DNA of 64,000 nucleotides from Parasitella parasitica NRRL 2501 (taxonomy: Eukaryota > Fungi > Mucoromycota): positions 175,627 to 239,626 of the forward strand of contig MU619246.1 of NCBI GenBank assembly GCA_025201805.1, written 5' to 3'. Shown piece after piece: positions 38,919-51,563 of this stretch. The notes beneath the pieces were generated by a model. It worked only from the letters and a program-made list of their open reading frames with translations, did no database searches and had not been told where the DNA came from. Made by a program: the position numbers and the translations under genes. Positions within the stretch are counted from its first letter, which is position 1; each line of letters begins with the position of its first letter.

Positions 38919-39521
38919 CAACTTATAACCAAGAACTTTAACTTCGTATGCCATTTCCTGGCTGATTTTCATAATAAAAAGTGTCCCGAAAACGGAAGAA
39001 ATAGTGTCCGGTGCAAAGCAACTATATTATATATGATTTTGGTGCAGTTTGAGCATGATTTTTTTTTCGATGCAAAATGATGGATTATTTCGATTTTTTC
39101 CTTGTATCCACCCATCCAAAATCATCGAATGTGCATTATTCTCGATTTTGACCACAAAAATGCAACATTTTACTATGGCATATATTAGACGAAAATGATT
39201 GTAAAAAGTCATTCCTTGAACTGAAAGACTGGAAATGCGCTTTGATTAAGCAAAATGTTGACTTTTTCCTCTTGATCTGTTTTTGAGGTTTTCTTAACAG
39301 AATTTCTCCCACGAGCATACGGGATGTATGAAATAATGCCATCGTTTAGAGCTCCCAAAAATACAGCTATTATCATAGACTGACAGCCGTGGTATGCATA
39401 GTATCAGAGGATGATATCTTGCCTCAAAGAAGTAATTTTGTTTTCAAATTGTCCAAATGGAGTTTTTGAAAGAATGTTTTCTTCCTGATTTTGGATGCGT
39501 TTAATCTCCGCTATTAAAGAT
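38919..39521 (+). repeat. ~600-bp transposon end, copy 2, leading into a decayed transposase
   Basis: TA at 38917-38918 followed by CAACTTATAACCAAGAAC; inverted homologue of 8675-9277. Confidence 0.85.
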
Positions 39522-39959
39522 AAATGGTGTTTTCTTTTGAAGAAAGTATTAGCTTTGAGAAGCTGTAGCCTACCCAATTCAAGAGAAAAGAAATTTAAAA
39601 CTAATTTATTAAAATGATGTGCTTCTTGGCTTTTTAATGGTAGTACTTGCATGTCTATATCTGGCCTGACGATCTCACGCTCCGATTTTGAAAAATACTT
39701 TTCCGAAAAACAAGTCAGAAAAGTCTCTACCTTCATCTGATATCGACTTAAAAAGTACAAAAACTTGCTCTAAACTATGCAAATGAATAATCGAAAGGTG
39801 TTTTATAATCTCCATTGCTTTGCCTTAATTGCTTTTGTGTCTGAGATCGCTAAAAAAATTTTCTTGTAGTTTTTGACTTTTTTCTGACAAAAAGACTAAG
39901 TTCGCATAGACCAAAATAAAAAAAAAATAAAAAAAATCAGGCCCCTAAAACCTACGCTG

Positions 39960-40300
39960 GTTTTGCAAAGACACACATTTTTGAACCATGATATTATGGA
40001 AAAGATGGCACAGGTTTGACTAGCTGTTCTACTGTCTTCTAAATTAGAAGACGTCAGATCAACTGAAGGTAAAAAGAGTGATACAATCTGCCACCAGGAT
40101 AATACACCCATTCATAAAAAATCATCTGTATGGAAACTTATGTAATCCCAAGGACATAAATATGTTTATCTTCAACCTTGCTCTCCGTTCCTGAATCCAA
40201 TTAAAGGTTTTTGATCCAAAGTCAACAGACACACTTACACCCAGAATCACATATATTTGTCAATAGACAACCGTATCCTTTTTTAAAGACTACCTTGAAC
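39960..40300 (+). pseudogene. Tc1/IS630 transposase remnant
   Basis: QDNTPIHKK...GHKYVYLQPCSPFLNPIKGF*SKV. Confidence 0.7.
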
Positions 40301-43013
40301 TTAAAAAATATGATGTAGATAGCTTATTTCACAACACAATCTTTAAAATAGTGTTCTAAATGCTTCTGAAGCGACAATTGTGGCGATTTCAATAAGCTGC
40401 TCGTCTCCACTGATATTTATAGTGATGTGATCCATTTCATTTGCTTCCATTTTGCACTTGAATTTCCGTTACAATCTTTCAGCACAATGAAGGTAACCTT
40501 CTTGTTCACGTTGGTAGATCGAAGTAGAAACAATGCAAAATCAAACGTACATGTTTGACGGTTGTCAAGTGCTGTGATGTGTGGACTGACAGCGTGCAAG
40601 ACGTGCTTCAGGTATTTTTTTTATCATAGTATGGGCCTTGTACAATAAAAGCACAATACTTTCTCAGCAGCAGAACAGTGATCGTACTTTCAAGCTTGAG
40701 TATATCTGCTGTTGGCGAAGAACAAATCCTTCAGTGCCTTTTGTTCATAAAAGCAAATGAGAACTTATCCAGTTCACTAAGCAAAAGATTTAAGACGGAT
40801 AAAAGCACATCCGTAGGTAAGTTTTTCTTTATTAAGATTCTATGGGGCTCTCTGATTTGAAGCAGATGCAGTATTTATGATAGCACTTGCGAATATATTA
40901 GTGGACCCTTCATCAATATTGAGTTTAGAAATAGAGTTTGCGATGGTAATCGAATCAATTCAAGCTCGTTGTATTCTAGGAGGAAATAAGAAAATCGTTG
41001 AAGAGCCTCAACAAGACTACAGCTATTGATATACGGCTTGAAATCTTGAAATCACAGGAGTTTTGATGAGAATTATAGTCGCAAATTCTCTGGTGACTTT
41101 GACTGGATCAGGCATTCTATTTACACTTTGTTGGTATTCATGGCACATATGGCAATTTTTCAATAGTGCCTTTTGACGATTTAGAAAATATATCGATGCT
41201 CTCAGTTAAGCAAATCATTATATCAGTTATGCTTGAAATTTTAGTATTTATTATTTTTTGTGAAAATCAATTTAGTCATGATAAATATATCGGATTTGGT
41301 GCTTCGGAAGCAAGAAAAGTGCACGATTGTGACGAAGGAACAAAGAGAATGGAAGATGGGTCTAAAAGATAGAACACTTTTAATTCAAAAAATATGAGAG
41401 ATCAAAGATATAAACAATTGAATTTATGTTCTTGAATCACTTTTTTTACGACGGCAGATCGCTCTGTTCAGTATGCGACAAGGATAATCAAATTAACAAG
41501 AATCTATATTTTCCAATGATATTTCCGGTTTTGGTTCAACCATTTTACCTGTTCGCTATTCTGCTTGGATTGCTAAAGAAGTTGCTAATAAATTACAAGA
41601 TGCATTGCATAAATCCGTTGAATGCGGTAATACTGAATACTTCGAGTTGGTAAGATAACTACTGGGATAATAGAAAAAATAAAGCTATTATACCAGAAGT
41701 ATCAAAATCAAATGATTTTCGTAGTGGAAAGAAGATCAAAACAATATGATCAATATGGATGAAATTTTTTAATAAATAGATAGTAAATAAGAGTGAGGTT
41801 TGAAATAAGAATATTTTTTGTCTTATTTTCTGAAAATTTGATCAATGCAAATTGCTCTGATGTAGCCGAGGTAATTGGAGATCGATTGAGCACGGTAGAT
41901 GGAAAAAGAAAAGGGGAGCTTAAAGGATGAAAGTGGATAGAGTATGAGGGGATAGAGGGGAAGATGAAGGCATAAGAAAACAGATACATGGCAGAAGTCA
42001 AAGGTGTAGGGAAGAGCGTTGACAGTAGAAATATGTTACAAAGAAATGGGCGATATTGAGAAGTGAAAAAAGATAATTGAGGGCAGGAAGGTGTGGACAG
42101 GAAATAGTCTAGAGTAAAGTGAAGGACTAGGAGGAATCTTGTCGGCGAAAAAGAACAGCTTATAATTTGTTACTTTTTTAATTGAAGCAATAATCGACTG
42201 TCTGAAAGCGTTGGGAAATACATGTTCCTTTTGCCACAGAGGAACCATCTGAAACTGCATTACCAGGCTTAATAGGCTACGGGTGCGTTATCATTAAACT
42301 AATGCCGGCTACGCTGTATAAAACAATGTTATAGCGAGAAAGCATCATGTTTGTGAGTAATTTAACATTGCTGTTTGTCGCCATCAAATATTTGCTATTT
42401 ATATCATCGAGTCTCCACGATAGGTTCTCACTAGATACAGTCTGTTGAGGGGTTTTGAAATCATAATGTCGAAATGTTACTAATTTTTTAATTCACAAGC
42501 ATGCATTCTGTTACCAATCAATTCATAATGGAAACCATAGAATAACATGCTAGTGTGTGGAAGTGGTTGGTAAAAGGTGATTGCGGTCAACTTGAACACT
42601 TCACCTAGCTCAAGCAAACAGAGTCTTAAAATCGAGATACACTTTCCTTTTGAAAATCAAATCCCATGTTGAACATCTTGAGTCTTAAAGTTAAGGCTTT
42701 TTTGAGGATATAAATGAGGACCAAGGTTTTGTTGGCCACTCCCACACTCCAGAACTTACATTCATCTGCTTCATCAGCGAGGGCTTGATATAAAAACCAG
42801 AATGCTTACCTTTAACATTAAAATGCAATTAATAAATCAGAATGATTGACAAAAAATAAAACTAGTTAATGTTCATGATCAGTTTTGGACATATTTTATT
42901 GCCTAAAAGCATTGTTTTACTTAAAGTATGAGCGGCATGATTTTTTTGTTTTTGTTTTTCATCAATATATGTACACGACTCAAGTCTATATATAACTCTA
43001 CAACAAAACAGGG

Positions 43014-44182
43014 TTAATAGAAACCGTTAACAGGCAAATTACTGAATGTAAATGGAGCTTGCAGTTGTGATCGAGGTGGTGGTGGTGGACCTTGGTTCAT
43101 CATGTGTTGCTTCATTGCTTCTTCATTTCGCTTTTTCTGAACTTCTCTTTCCTTTTTTTGTTTACGCCATAGCTTTCGCATTTCTTTGAATTCAGCAGGA
43201 TGCCTTTTTGGCCCCTAAAATAATAAAAGAGATAAATACATGTGTCGAAAGATAAAATAAATAACAAAAAACTTACATGTTTTTGCATGCTAACATGGGC
43301 ATTCAAGTGATTCAGTGTGCCGTATGCCTTTGAACATCCAGGCCAAGTACAGTGATATAATCGCTCAACTTCATCATATCTTCTACGCGGCCTCTTCTTC
43401 TGATTTGTGCCAGGAATGGCGACGAAGGAGTACTGTTTTTCTGCTGACGAACTGCTTGAACTTGACAACTGACGAGCTCTTTGCTGTTGTTTCTGTTGTG
43501 TCTGCTGCTGCTGCTGCTGCGGTTGCTGCTGCGGTTGCTGAGGGTGCATCATGGAAAGTTGTGGTTGCGGTTGCATTAAATGAGGGTCGTAATTGGATAA
43601 ATACATGGAGGAGGGCGCTGTTGTAGAAGCTGGATTCATGGAGGCAACATTAGGCTGAATAGCGTATATGCCATCTAGGGGTAAATTTGCAGGAAACTCG
43701 TTTGCAGCAGCAGCGGCGGCGGCAGCGGCAACAGGATCCATTAATTGAGCCATATTTGTTGTTGCGACGGGTGCAGCATTCGTTGTGGGATATGTCGTGG
43801 TGTGAGTGGTATTAAAATTATTGAATAACCCGTTATTCTTTTGATGTTGCTGTTCCGGATAAGTCAATACAGGAATCATACCAGCAGCAACAGCAGCAGC
43901 GACAGCGGTAACATTAGCAGCCGTAGTATCAGTCGATCCTTGAGACACTGCATCTTTCTTATTGGTTTTGTTCGGTAAAAGTTGAGATAAAGGTGGTAAT
44001 GAGGGTAATTCTAATGGCTGTAAATATGCTTGCGGATGTTGCTGCTGTCTTCGATTCAATAAACCACTTTTTGCTTGTGGAATCACCTGCGATGTGTTTA
44101 CGGATGTTGTAGTGGGCTGTGGTTTATTGTTGATGGCAGGGTTATTCAACGAAAAATAGCTGTTATCATCGGATTGTGTCAT
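43014..44182 (-). CDS. Con7-type C2H2 zinc-finger transcription factor, 2 exons
   Basis: KRPRRRYDEVERLYHCTWPGCSKAYGTLNHLNAHVSMQKH|GPKRHPAEFKEMRK; long upstream intergenic region. Confidence 0.88.
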
Positions 44183-47100
44183 TTTTTTGAAATAAGAATA
44201 TGAAAAAGAGAAAAAAAAAAAGTAAAAAAGAGAAAAAGAAGAGCTCGAATGAATTTATCGAATTTTTTTTCCAGCAGAAACAAATGTAAAAAAAAAAAAA
44301 AATTCTACACATCTCAATGATCAAGGCACACAAACAGAAATTGACGAACGAGGACTGAGCCTTGGCTCCCCAAATGGAAAATGGAGAAAATAAGGGTCAA
44401 TACATAACGTCATAAAGGTTGTAAAAATCCAAATCGAGTTAGATGCAGATGTTCTGAGCCTGCTGCTCTTTCTTTTTTTGTTTATTTGACCCAATAAACT
44501 TGAATGAAAAATATGGATTATCCATTGTGACGAAATACTTTATCCTATGACGATATGAAATTTAAAATCCAAGCAATCAAAGGTATACTTCTCTACATTA
44601 TATTATTTATGGAGCAATTATACTGCATGTATGAATAGTTACACTGGCATTATCCAAGCCATTGATCTTCGAATATATTTTTAACTTAAAGGCAAATGCA
44701 CACGCACAAATCAGAAACATTTTGTAGATTGAAATATTACAGAATTGATGAATAAAAAGATCGCCGTGTAATTTTTTTTTTTTTGCTAATCCCTTTGTGG
44801 CCTTTGCTCCTCTTTTTTCTTTTCTTTTTACTGATCTGCATCAATCAGTTCATTGTGATATATAAATAGTACATTGGGCACAAGCCTTTTGAATACCACA
44901 TGCCTTTTTTTTTTTTTTTTTTTTTTTTCGCAAAGCAATGCTATTTGTATTAACATGCCATCGTCATTCTGTCATGAAATACGTCAGTAAGAAAGTGAAA
45001 TGATAAATATACAAAATGTCAATACAGTGTAACTTGACAGATTAAAGTTTTGTTTTAACCATGAATAGAATGGTTTTGAAGAGAAATATTAACAATATGA
45101 CAGATTTAAAACATGTGTAACTACAACTATTTATGCAAGTAAGATGCCTCCTCTCTTCTTTATCTAATATGATGGAATGAAATCTTTCTCCTCAGCAAAT
45201 ATTGCAGGCAATAATATGATAGGCTTTAGCAAGCGTATAATTATCAAGTTTTGCCATCTTTTTTGATTTAGAAAAGAACATCCTTTCAATCAAAAAGTGT
45301 TTATTTATGCCAAAGGCAAATAAGCTACATCACACATATTGTGATGTGAAAGACTTGAGAAAGAGAACTTCCTCCATAATAAACAGCCATGCCTTGTAAA
45401 TTGTTTTACTGTATTTAGACGTGCATTCATGTAGTTAACAAATAGCCTAACCAAACATTTCGGCTGTGGAAGGTACAAGATTGAGACTTGGACAGATAAA
45501 ACTTGCAGTGTTTAAAACATGTAACAAATATTAGCAACCTGGTCTTTTGCTTGCAATTTTTACTAATTTACTTACTCTCGATGATTTATCTCAAAATATC
45601 TGTATATTTATATCCAAAAATCCTTTTGATAATGAATGTAGATATCAGGAATCGTTTTACGAGATTACGATGCTAAAAATTATTTGAGATCAAGTAAATA
45701 TTTTCAAAGGACACTGAATTTTGCTTATCTGCTTTGCTGTATAACATTAGTTGTCGAACGTATTTTTAGGACATGTTTACACTTTCTCATAGACAGATGG
45801 AGATAATGCCATACGTTTATTAACGAGAAAATTATTGAAACGAGCTCCAACTCTTATTTTAATTTAAAGATATGGAGTGCCATCTATTTTAGACTCAAGT
45901 GGTACTTTTGTAAGCTTGTCTCTCTGATTGAAAGCATTGAAATGTGGGAGCATTTGAAATAGTTTTTCCTGCATTATAGCATGGATCGTCATGTCCGTGG
46001 TATTTCGAAAGATGTAAAAGAGCACCAGGTGCAACTTGAAATCGTCATCGAGCTCTACCAAATCTAGCAAACAAAAACAAGTCGAAGAGGTCTAGACCGG
46101 CCAACTAGTGAGGACGAGGACTTGCAGAGACAACGAGAATACAACCTGTAAGTACAACGAAATAGACACAGCTTTTGCCTCCTTATTCTAATTATTGATC
46201 CAAGTAGACTGCAACGAAGTGTAGTAACCTGATAATAGGTCTAAGTTTTGTATGATTTATAATATCAGTTGACTACCCATTTGAGTTATATATTCAATAT
46301 CTTACTTCTTCTATAAAATTATACTAGATTATATAGCATTGTAAATCTAATTAAATGGCATTGAAATCTATCCTGAACACATATCCTAAGCCCCTGAACT
46401 GTCAACATTGGAGAGTGATTTATTCGCTAGATATGATCCTCTATCTTGGGAGTATTGTTCATTAATTAAAATAGTGCAACTCATGTAATTTTAAAATATC
46501 TTGAAAAATGTAATGTGTTGAAGTGAGCCAGGTAAAATGTGTCGCACATACGTCTGCTCTTGTGCTACTTACGATATAAGGTTTCTTATCATGCATCATC
46601 TATAATATTGTGATATGTGCGGAATGGACCTGCATGATACACGCGTATTGAGAACTCGAAGTAAAAAATATTTTATGATGAGAATTTTCTGTCTATGAGA
46701 ATATGCGGCGGATGACCGAAACAAAAAAAAAAACAAAAAAGAGGCAACTGATACTGCAGCAATTCTCATGGTTACATACAGATAAATAAAGCTTTGTAGT
46801 GACGATGGCTAGCATATTGTTATCAAAGTTGGTAAGGCAAATATGCAATGAAACACTCAAAAGGCTTTTTCGAGGTTAATTAATAAATCTACTCAGTGAA
46901 TCATGCTCTGATGTTGTATGACCTCAGGTTTGGATAGGAAAACATTAAACCTTTGTTTAGTGATCATGAGGCGAGCTGAATGTTTGATTTAACAATCCAA
47001 TCTTTTGACTCGGCAACAATCATTATTCTCCAGCTATCTTTATCTTTACGCTCTCGTTCCTTAAAGTAAACCATATATTTAAGAATGCCATTGCTGCTTG

Positions 47101-50100
47101 AACCATTATTAAGATAATCCGGAGTAGCAGTTACAGCGACAGTGTCGAAAAACGTGTAAGTGTATTTATAAGTGTATCTGTAAAAATAAATAGTAAAAAA
47201 TCATATACGGGCTGGCATCTAGTGATTTTTGCACTTTCTCTACGTTAGAAATCGGCCTTCGTTTACGCAGGGTCCATCTCGCTAAAAAGAATGAAATTTA
47301 CTGTTTTCAAGTGTATAAGTTGTCTCCATAGAATTCCATAGTTACCACTCATTTGTCATGGCAACCGTTCCTGATCGAAACCAAAATTGAATATATCACC
47401 GGTTAATCTATAAAAAAAAATAAAAAATAAAAAATAAAAAAATAGAAGTAATCATGGAATGTCTTGCATATAAGTGTTGTATCCACAGAATAACCATAGT
47501 TACCACAATATTTCATGGTAACTGTTCCTGATCAGATCTAAGGTTGAATGTAGCCGCATATTCTATTATATAGCAAAAATGAAACATCGTAAAAAATACT
47601 CGAGTTGATCATATTTCTTAGGTTCATTGAGCAAACATTGTGAGTTCTTCTTCTATGACCCTCTCTTCCGCAAGATGTACATCTAACAACTACTTGATCT
47701 AAGGGGTATTTATTAATGTGTATTTATTTGAGAATTTAAAAATTGAAATGGCGTACTCTCATTCATTCTGTGAAATACATTCACTATATTGATCTGCATT
47801 CCACTTCTAGATTCATCCAGTTACCTTTATATTGATATGGACTACATATGTGCACAGTTAATACGATGTACAATACAGACTTATACTACATAAGCTTTAG
47901 GTTAGAAATGGCACTATTAGGATTGTTGATGCTATAGACTTATACCAATCTCTCAACATAAGTTGTAGACATTTACTAGATATTATAGAATGTGCAACAA
48001 GCTTATGCCATATAAGATCTATGCTTCAGATGCGTAATCCCGGTTTCCAGATACGCACTACAAGACATATACTTATACCTATGATACTAGCTTAAGATAA
48101 ATTATGTACTACAGACTTTTACAATATGTACAATACTAAAGTATATTCATGACATGCTATAGACATGCTACATATACAGATATATGCTAAGGTGAATACC
48201 AAGTGATATAAACTCAGACATGTACTAGTAGCTTAGACTAAATAAGACTATAGTAGAAACGATATACGCTTATGGACCGATATTAATAATTTTCGCATGG
48301 AAGGTTGATCAGGTACTCCAGGTAAAGTCTATCTACTCACTCAGATAGATTTAAGTTATCTCCAGTCTGCTGAGATGTTGTTTAGCATGAAAGTAAAGCT
48401 GTTAGTTGATCAGAATGACCCTACACTTTAATTATGACAGTAGAACATTCATGAATAGCTTAAGTATATAAATGTTCATCTACCTGGCCAGTAGATGAAT
48501 TGTAGTTTCATACACTTGTCGATATAATAATAAAACATATACCTTTATCAAGTTGACATTTATTGCTTTTATTTGATTTTTTTTGAGTTTTACATATAAA
48601 TAGCTTGAACTTTTTCAAGGATTTCTGCAAATAATTAGATGAATACTGTATGAGAATCATTGTTTTCTGCTTATAACTTTATATATTTATATATATATAT
48701 ATATATCAATTATTCATACATAGAAATGGTTTTATTAGACAGCTCTGACTTGCCGCTATGTTTTTCAGGTTCGATTGCGGTTCTACTGTGCATTTAGCAG
48801 AAGTTTTGGCTAAATATCTATCAATCTGATAATTACTGTTGTTGTTTGACCCAAATAAATGTCATATACCAATTTAGGAAGATTTGGTCAAATAAATAAA
48901 TAATTTCGACACAATAAAATGATAGAGAAAACTGATTTATCAACTATAAAATTAAAGATTTATTGATTCATTTACCTTTTTTTTTTTTTTCATATTCCTT
49001 ATCTGCTATGCCCTTGTGTAGACAAGGCACAATAACATTGGTTCTGTTCATAATGACACAACCTGAATGAATCCTTATACCTCCCTTCTTCTCTTCCCCA
49101 TGAACGGCATACAAAATAATGCCTTTTCCGAATCTCTTTTAGAAGAAGCACAAAATCGCAAACTAGTGAGTACTAAACAACATAGCCTCTTTAACAGTTC
49201 CAGATTGGGAAATTGTTTTGCTATTATTCTTAATAACCAGCTAAAGCAGCTATTTTGTGATGCAGATTTCAACATTGACCTGAAAGTCAACTGATTTTGC
49301 GAAATACCAAAAATATCTGAAAAAACATCAGATAATCCCAATTAGTTGAGGAAAATTGTGCGTTGCGTTTTTAAAGTTGTGTAAGGCAGGTTTTTGTTAT
49401 CAATATGTGGCACACATACGCTGATTAGGGGGGAAGGACACTTAACCCCTGGAAGTTGGATGCTTGTGATGATTTGGATGATTTGGATAATTTATATGCT
49501 ATGAATGGAAGGAGCGTTTATTCTAGAAATCTAAAAATACTCATATTTACGAGACGATGTCGATCCAAGTTCTTGATCCAGTGTCTGTTTTTTTTCACAA
49601 AATGTTTTTCTATGCACATTACTTGACAAAATTGACAGGCTTTGATTTTTGATAACACATGTTTAACATATGCTTTTGGCCTTGAGTATCATGATGAAAA
49701 ATATAGCGTTATTGGCAAAATAAACATACTGCTTGGCTGAACAGAAAAGAATCAAAGTAAGCTACAAGCCCAAAACATCAGTAATCATGAAAAACAAGCA
49801 CGGACAAGATATTAAGTATGGAACAACAATCTACTGTACATACAGGCAACTTTTCCTTGCCTCCCTCCCCCCCCCCCCCCACAGTGTTTTATTTGAAATA
49901 ATTATATCGTGGCCGTCTCTACTCCTACTTTATTCTTTCATGCAATCGATCAATATGACCCCACATCGATACAGTGTATTACACTACACCGAGATAGAAA
50001 CAAGGTGTACACACAGACAACATTAAGGCAAGGCTGTATGTATACTCAAACTATATGTACCAATATACTTTGAAATGCAGTGGCGTTGACAGTGGTAAAA

Positions 50101-50231
50101 TTTAAAAGAAGTAGTAAGAGCGAGATACTTTTTATTTTTGATAATGAATGTAGTGATTATTATTTACAAAATGTATATATATATAAATGTGTGGTGTGAG
50201 GGCGGTAAAGTTAATGACGGAAGCGCATATA

Positions 50232-51095
50232 TTATGATAAACCAAGCATTTGAATTTTGTTGCTTGAATTTGATTCATCATAGGAAATAGGGTCATTAAA
50301 AGGTGTACTTGGCATGGACTCATCATCATCATCGGAAGTCTCTTCTTCTTCAATGATGATCAGGGAATTAAATCTGGGGGGACAAGAATTCTGATGCACG
50401 CCCCCTTTGGGTATTATAGAATTGAGTAGAGGTGGCACAGGAAATTCCATAAACTCGGTGTCATTTATACAGAACACGGAATCTTGTTCCTTTTCTTGTA
50501 GAATCTGTGGCTGTGGCTGTGGCTGTGGTTGTGGTTGTGGTTGTGGTTGTGGTTGTGGTTGTAGTTGTAGTTGTAGTTGTGGTTGTGGTTGTGGTTGTGG
50601 TTGTGGTTGTGGTTGTGGTTGTGGTGCTAGCTGCACTTTTTCTTTCGTAACTTGAGGTGTCTGAGATGGCTGCGGTAGAGGTGGCAGTGATGATAAAATG
50701 CCTAGGTCACCATTTGTCCATTCAATCGTAGGCAGCTTCATAGTTTGGAATACATCGACGAATTCAGGCTGAGGATCTTGTCTTGGAGTAGATGACCTTG
50801 TGGATTTATTGACAGTGACAGCAATTCTTTGAAAGAGACGAGACATTGATCCTAAATGGTTCTTCATGTTGGCTGCCGCTGCCGCTGCTGCTGCTGCTGC
50901 TGTTTTTTTACGTTTGTTCTCTTGCTCTTGTGTGTCCTGGACGTCATCTTCTTCATGTCTACGTTTTAGAGAAACAGAAGGTGGATGAAAGAAATTGGTA
51001 ATGCTTGTGCGTTTTTTTCTTTCATCCTTGAGGTAGGTGTTGTAGCCAACAGCTGGTGGAAGGTTTGAGGGTTTTTTGGTACTGAACATTGTCAT
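50232..51095 (-). CDS. Hypothetical low-complexity protein with a (PQ)n repeat
   Basis: 287-aa single ORF with NLS-like KRR/KRKK; TATA upstream. Confidence 0.65.
   Translation of the reverse strand: MTMFSTKKPSNLPPAVGYNTYLKDERKKRTSITNFFHPPSVSLKRRHEEDDVQDTQEQENKRKKTAAAAAAAAAANMKNHLGSMSRLFQRIAVTVNKSTRSSTPRQDPQPEFVDVFQTMKLPTIEWTNGDLGILSSLPPLPQPSQTPQVTKEKVQLAPQPQPQPQPQPQPQPQLQLQLQPQPQPQPQPQPQPQPQPQILQEKEQDSVFCINDTEFMEFPVPPLLNSIIPKGGVHQNSCPPRFNSLIIIEEEETSDDDDESMPSTPFNDPISYDESNSSNKIQMLGLS
50506..50625. repeat. Coding hexanucleotide microsatellite (TGTGGT)n
   Basis: About 20 tandem units encoding PQ/LQ. Confidence 0.95.
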
Positions 51096-51563
51096 TCTTT
51101 TTTTTTATGTTGTCAAGTATGTATGTGTGTTGAGTGTGCTTTTGAATTCTTGGTAGAAAAACAAGTGTTTATATATACTTTTTTTCTGATGGGTCCCCCA
51201 CAAATACAAACCCTGCCCCTTCTTTTCCTTTCTTCAGCATCATACAGATATTGGTGGGTTGAATCCCTCCCCCCCCCCCAATTTTATATGGAGCAATGAT
51301 TTCTCCACATACATTACATAAAGTAGACAAAGCCTAGTAGTTATGATGATTTATTTACTATTCAATTGTAGGTACTTTTCAATATATTTTGATCTAATCT
51401 GACAAGAAAAACGATTGCAATTATCAGATCAGATCAGGCCAGATCAAATCAGTAATTGGTAGAATATATAAATTACAATAGAGTTGTTGAATTTCTGTTT
51501 GGAGATATGGTTGTATGGGGGGGGGGGGACGCTGCACTTTTTTTTCCCTGACTCCTTGATGTT

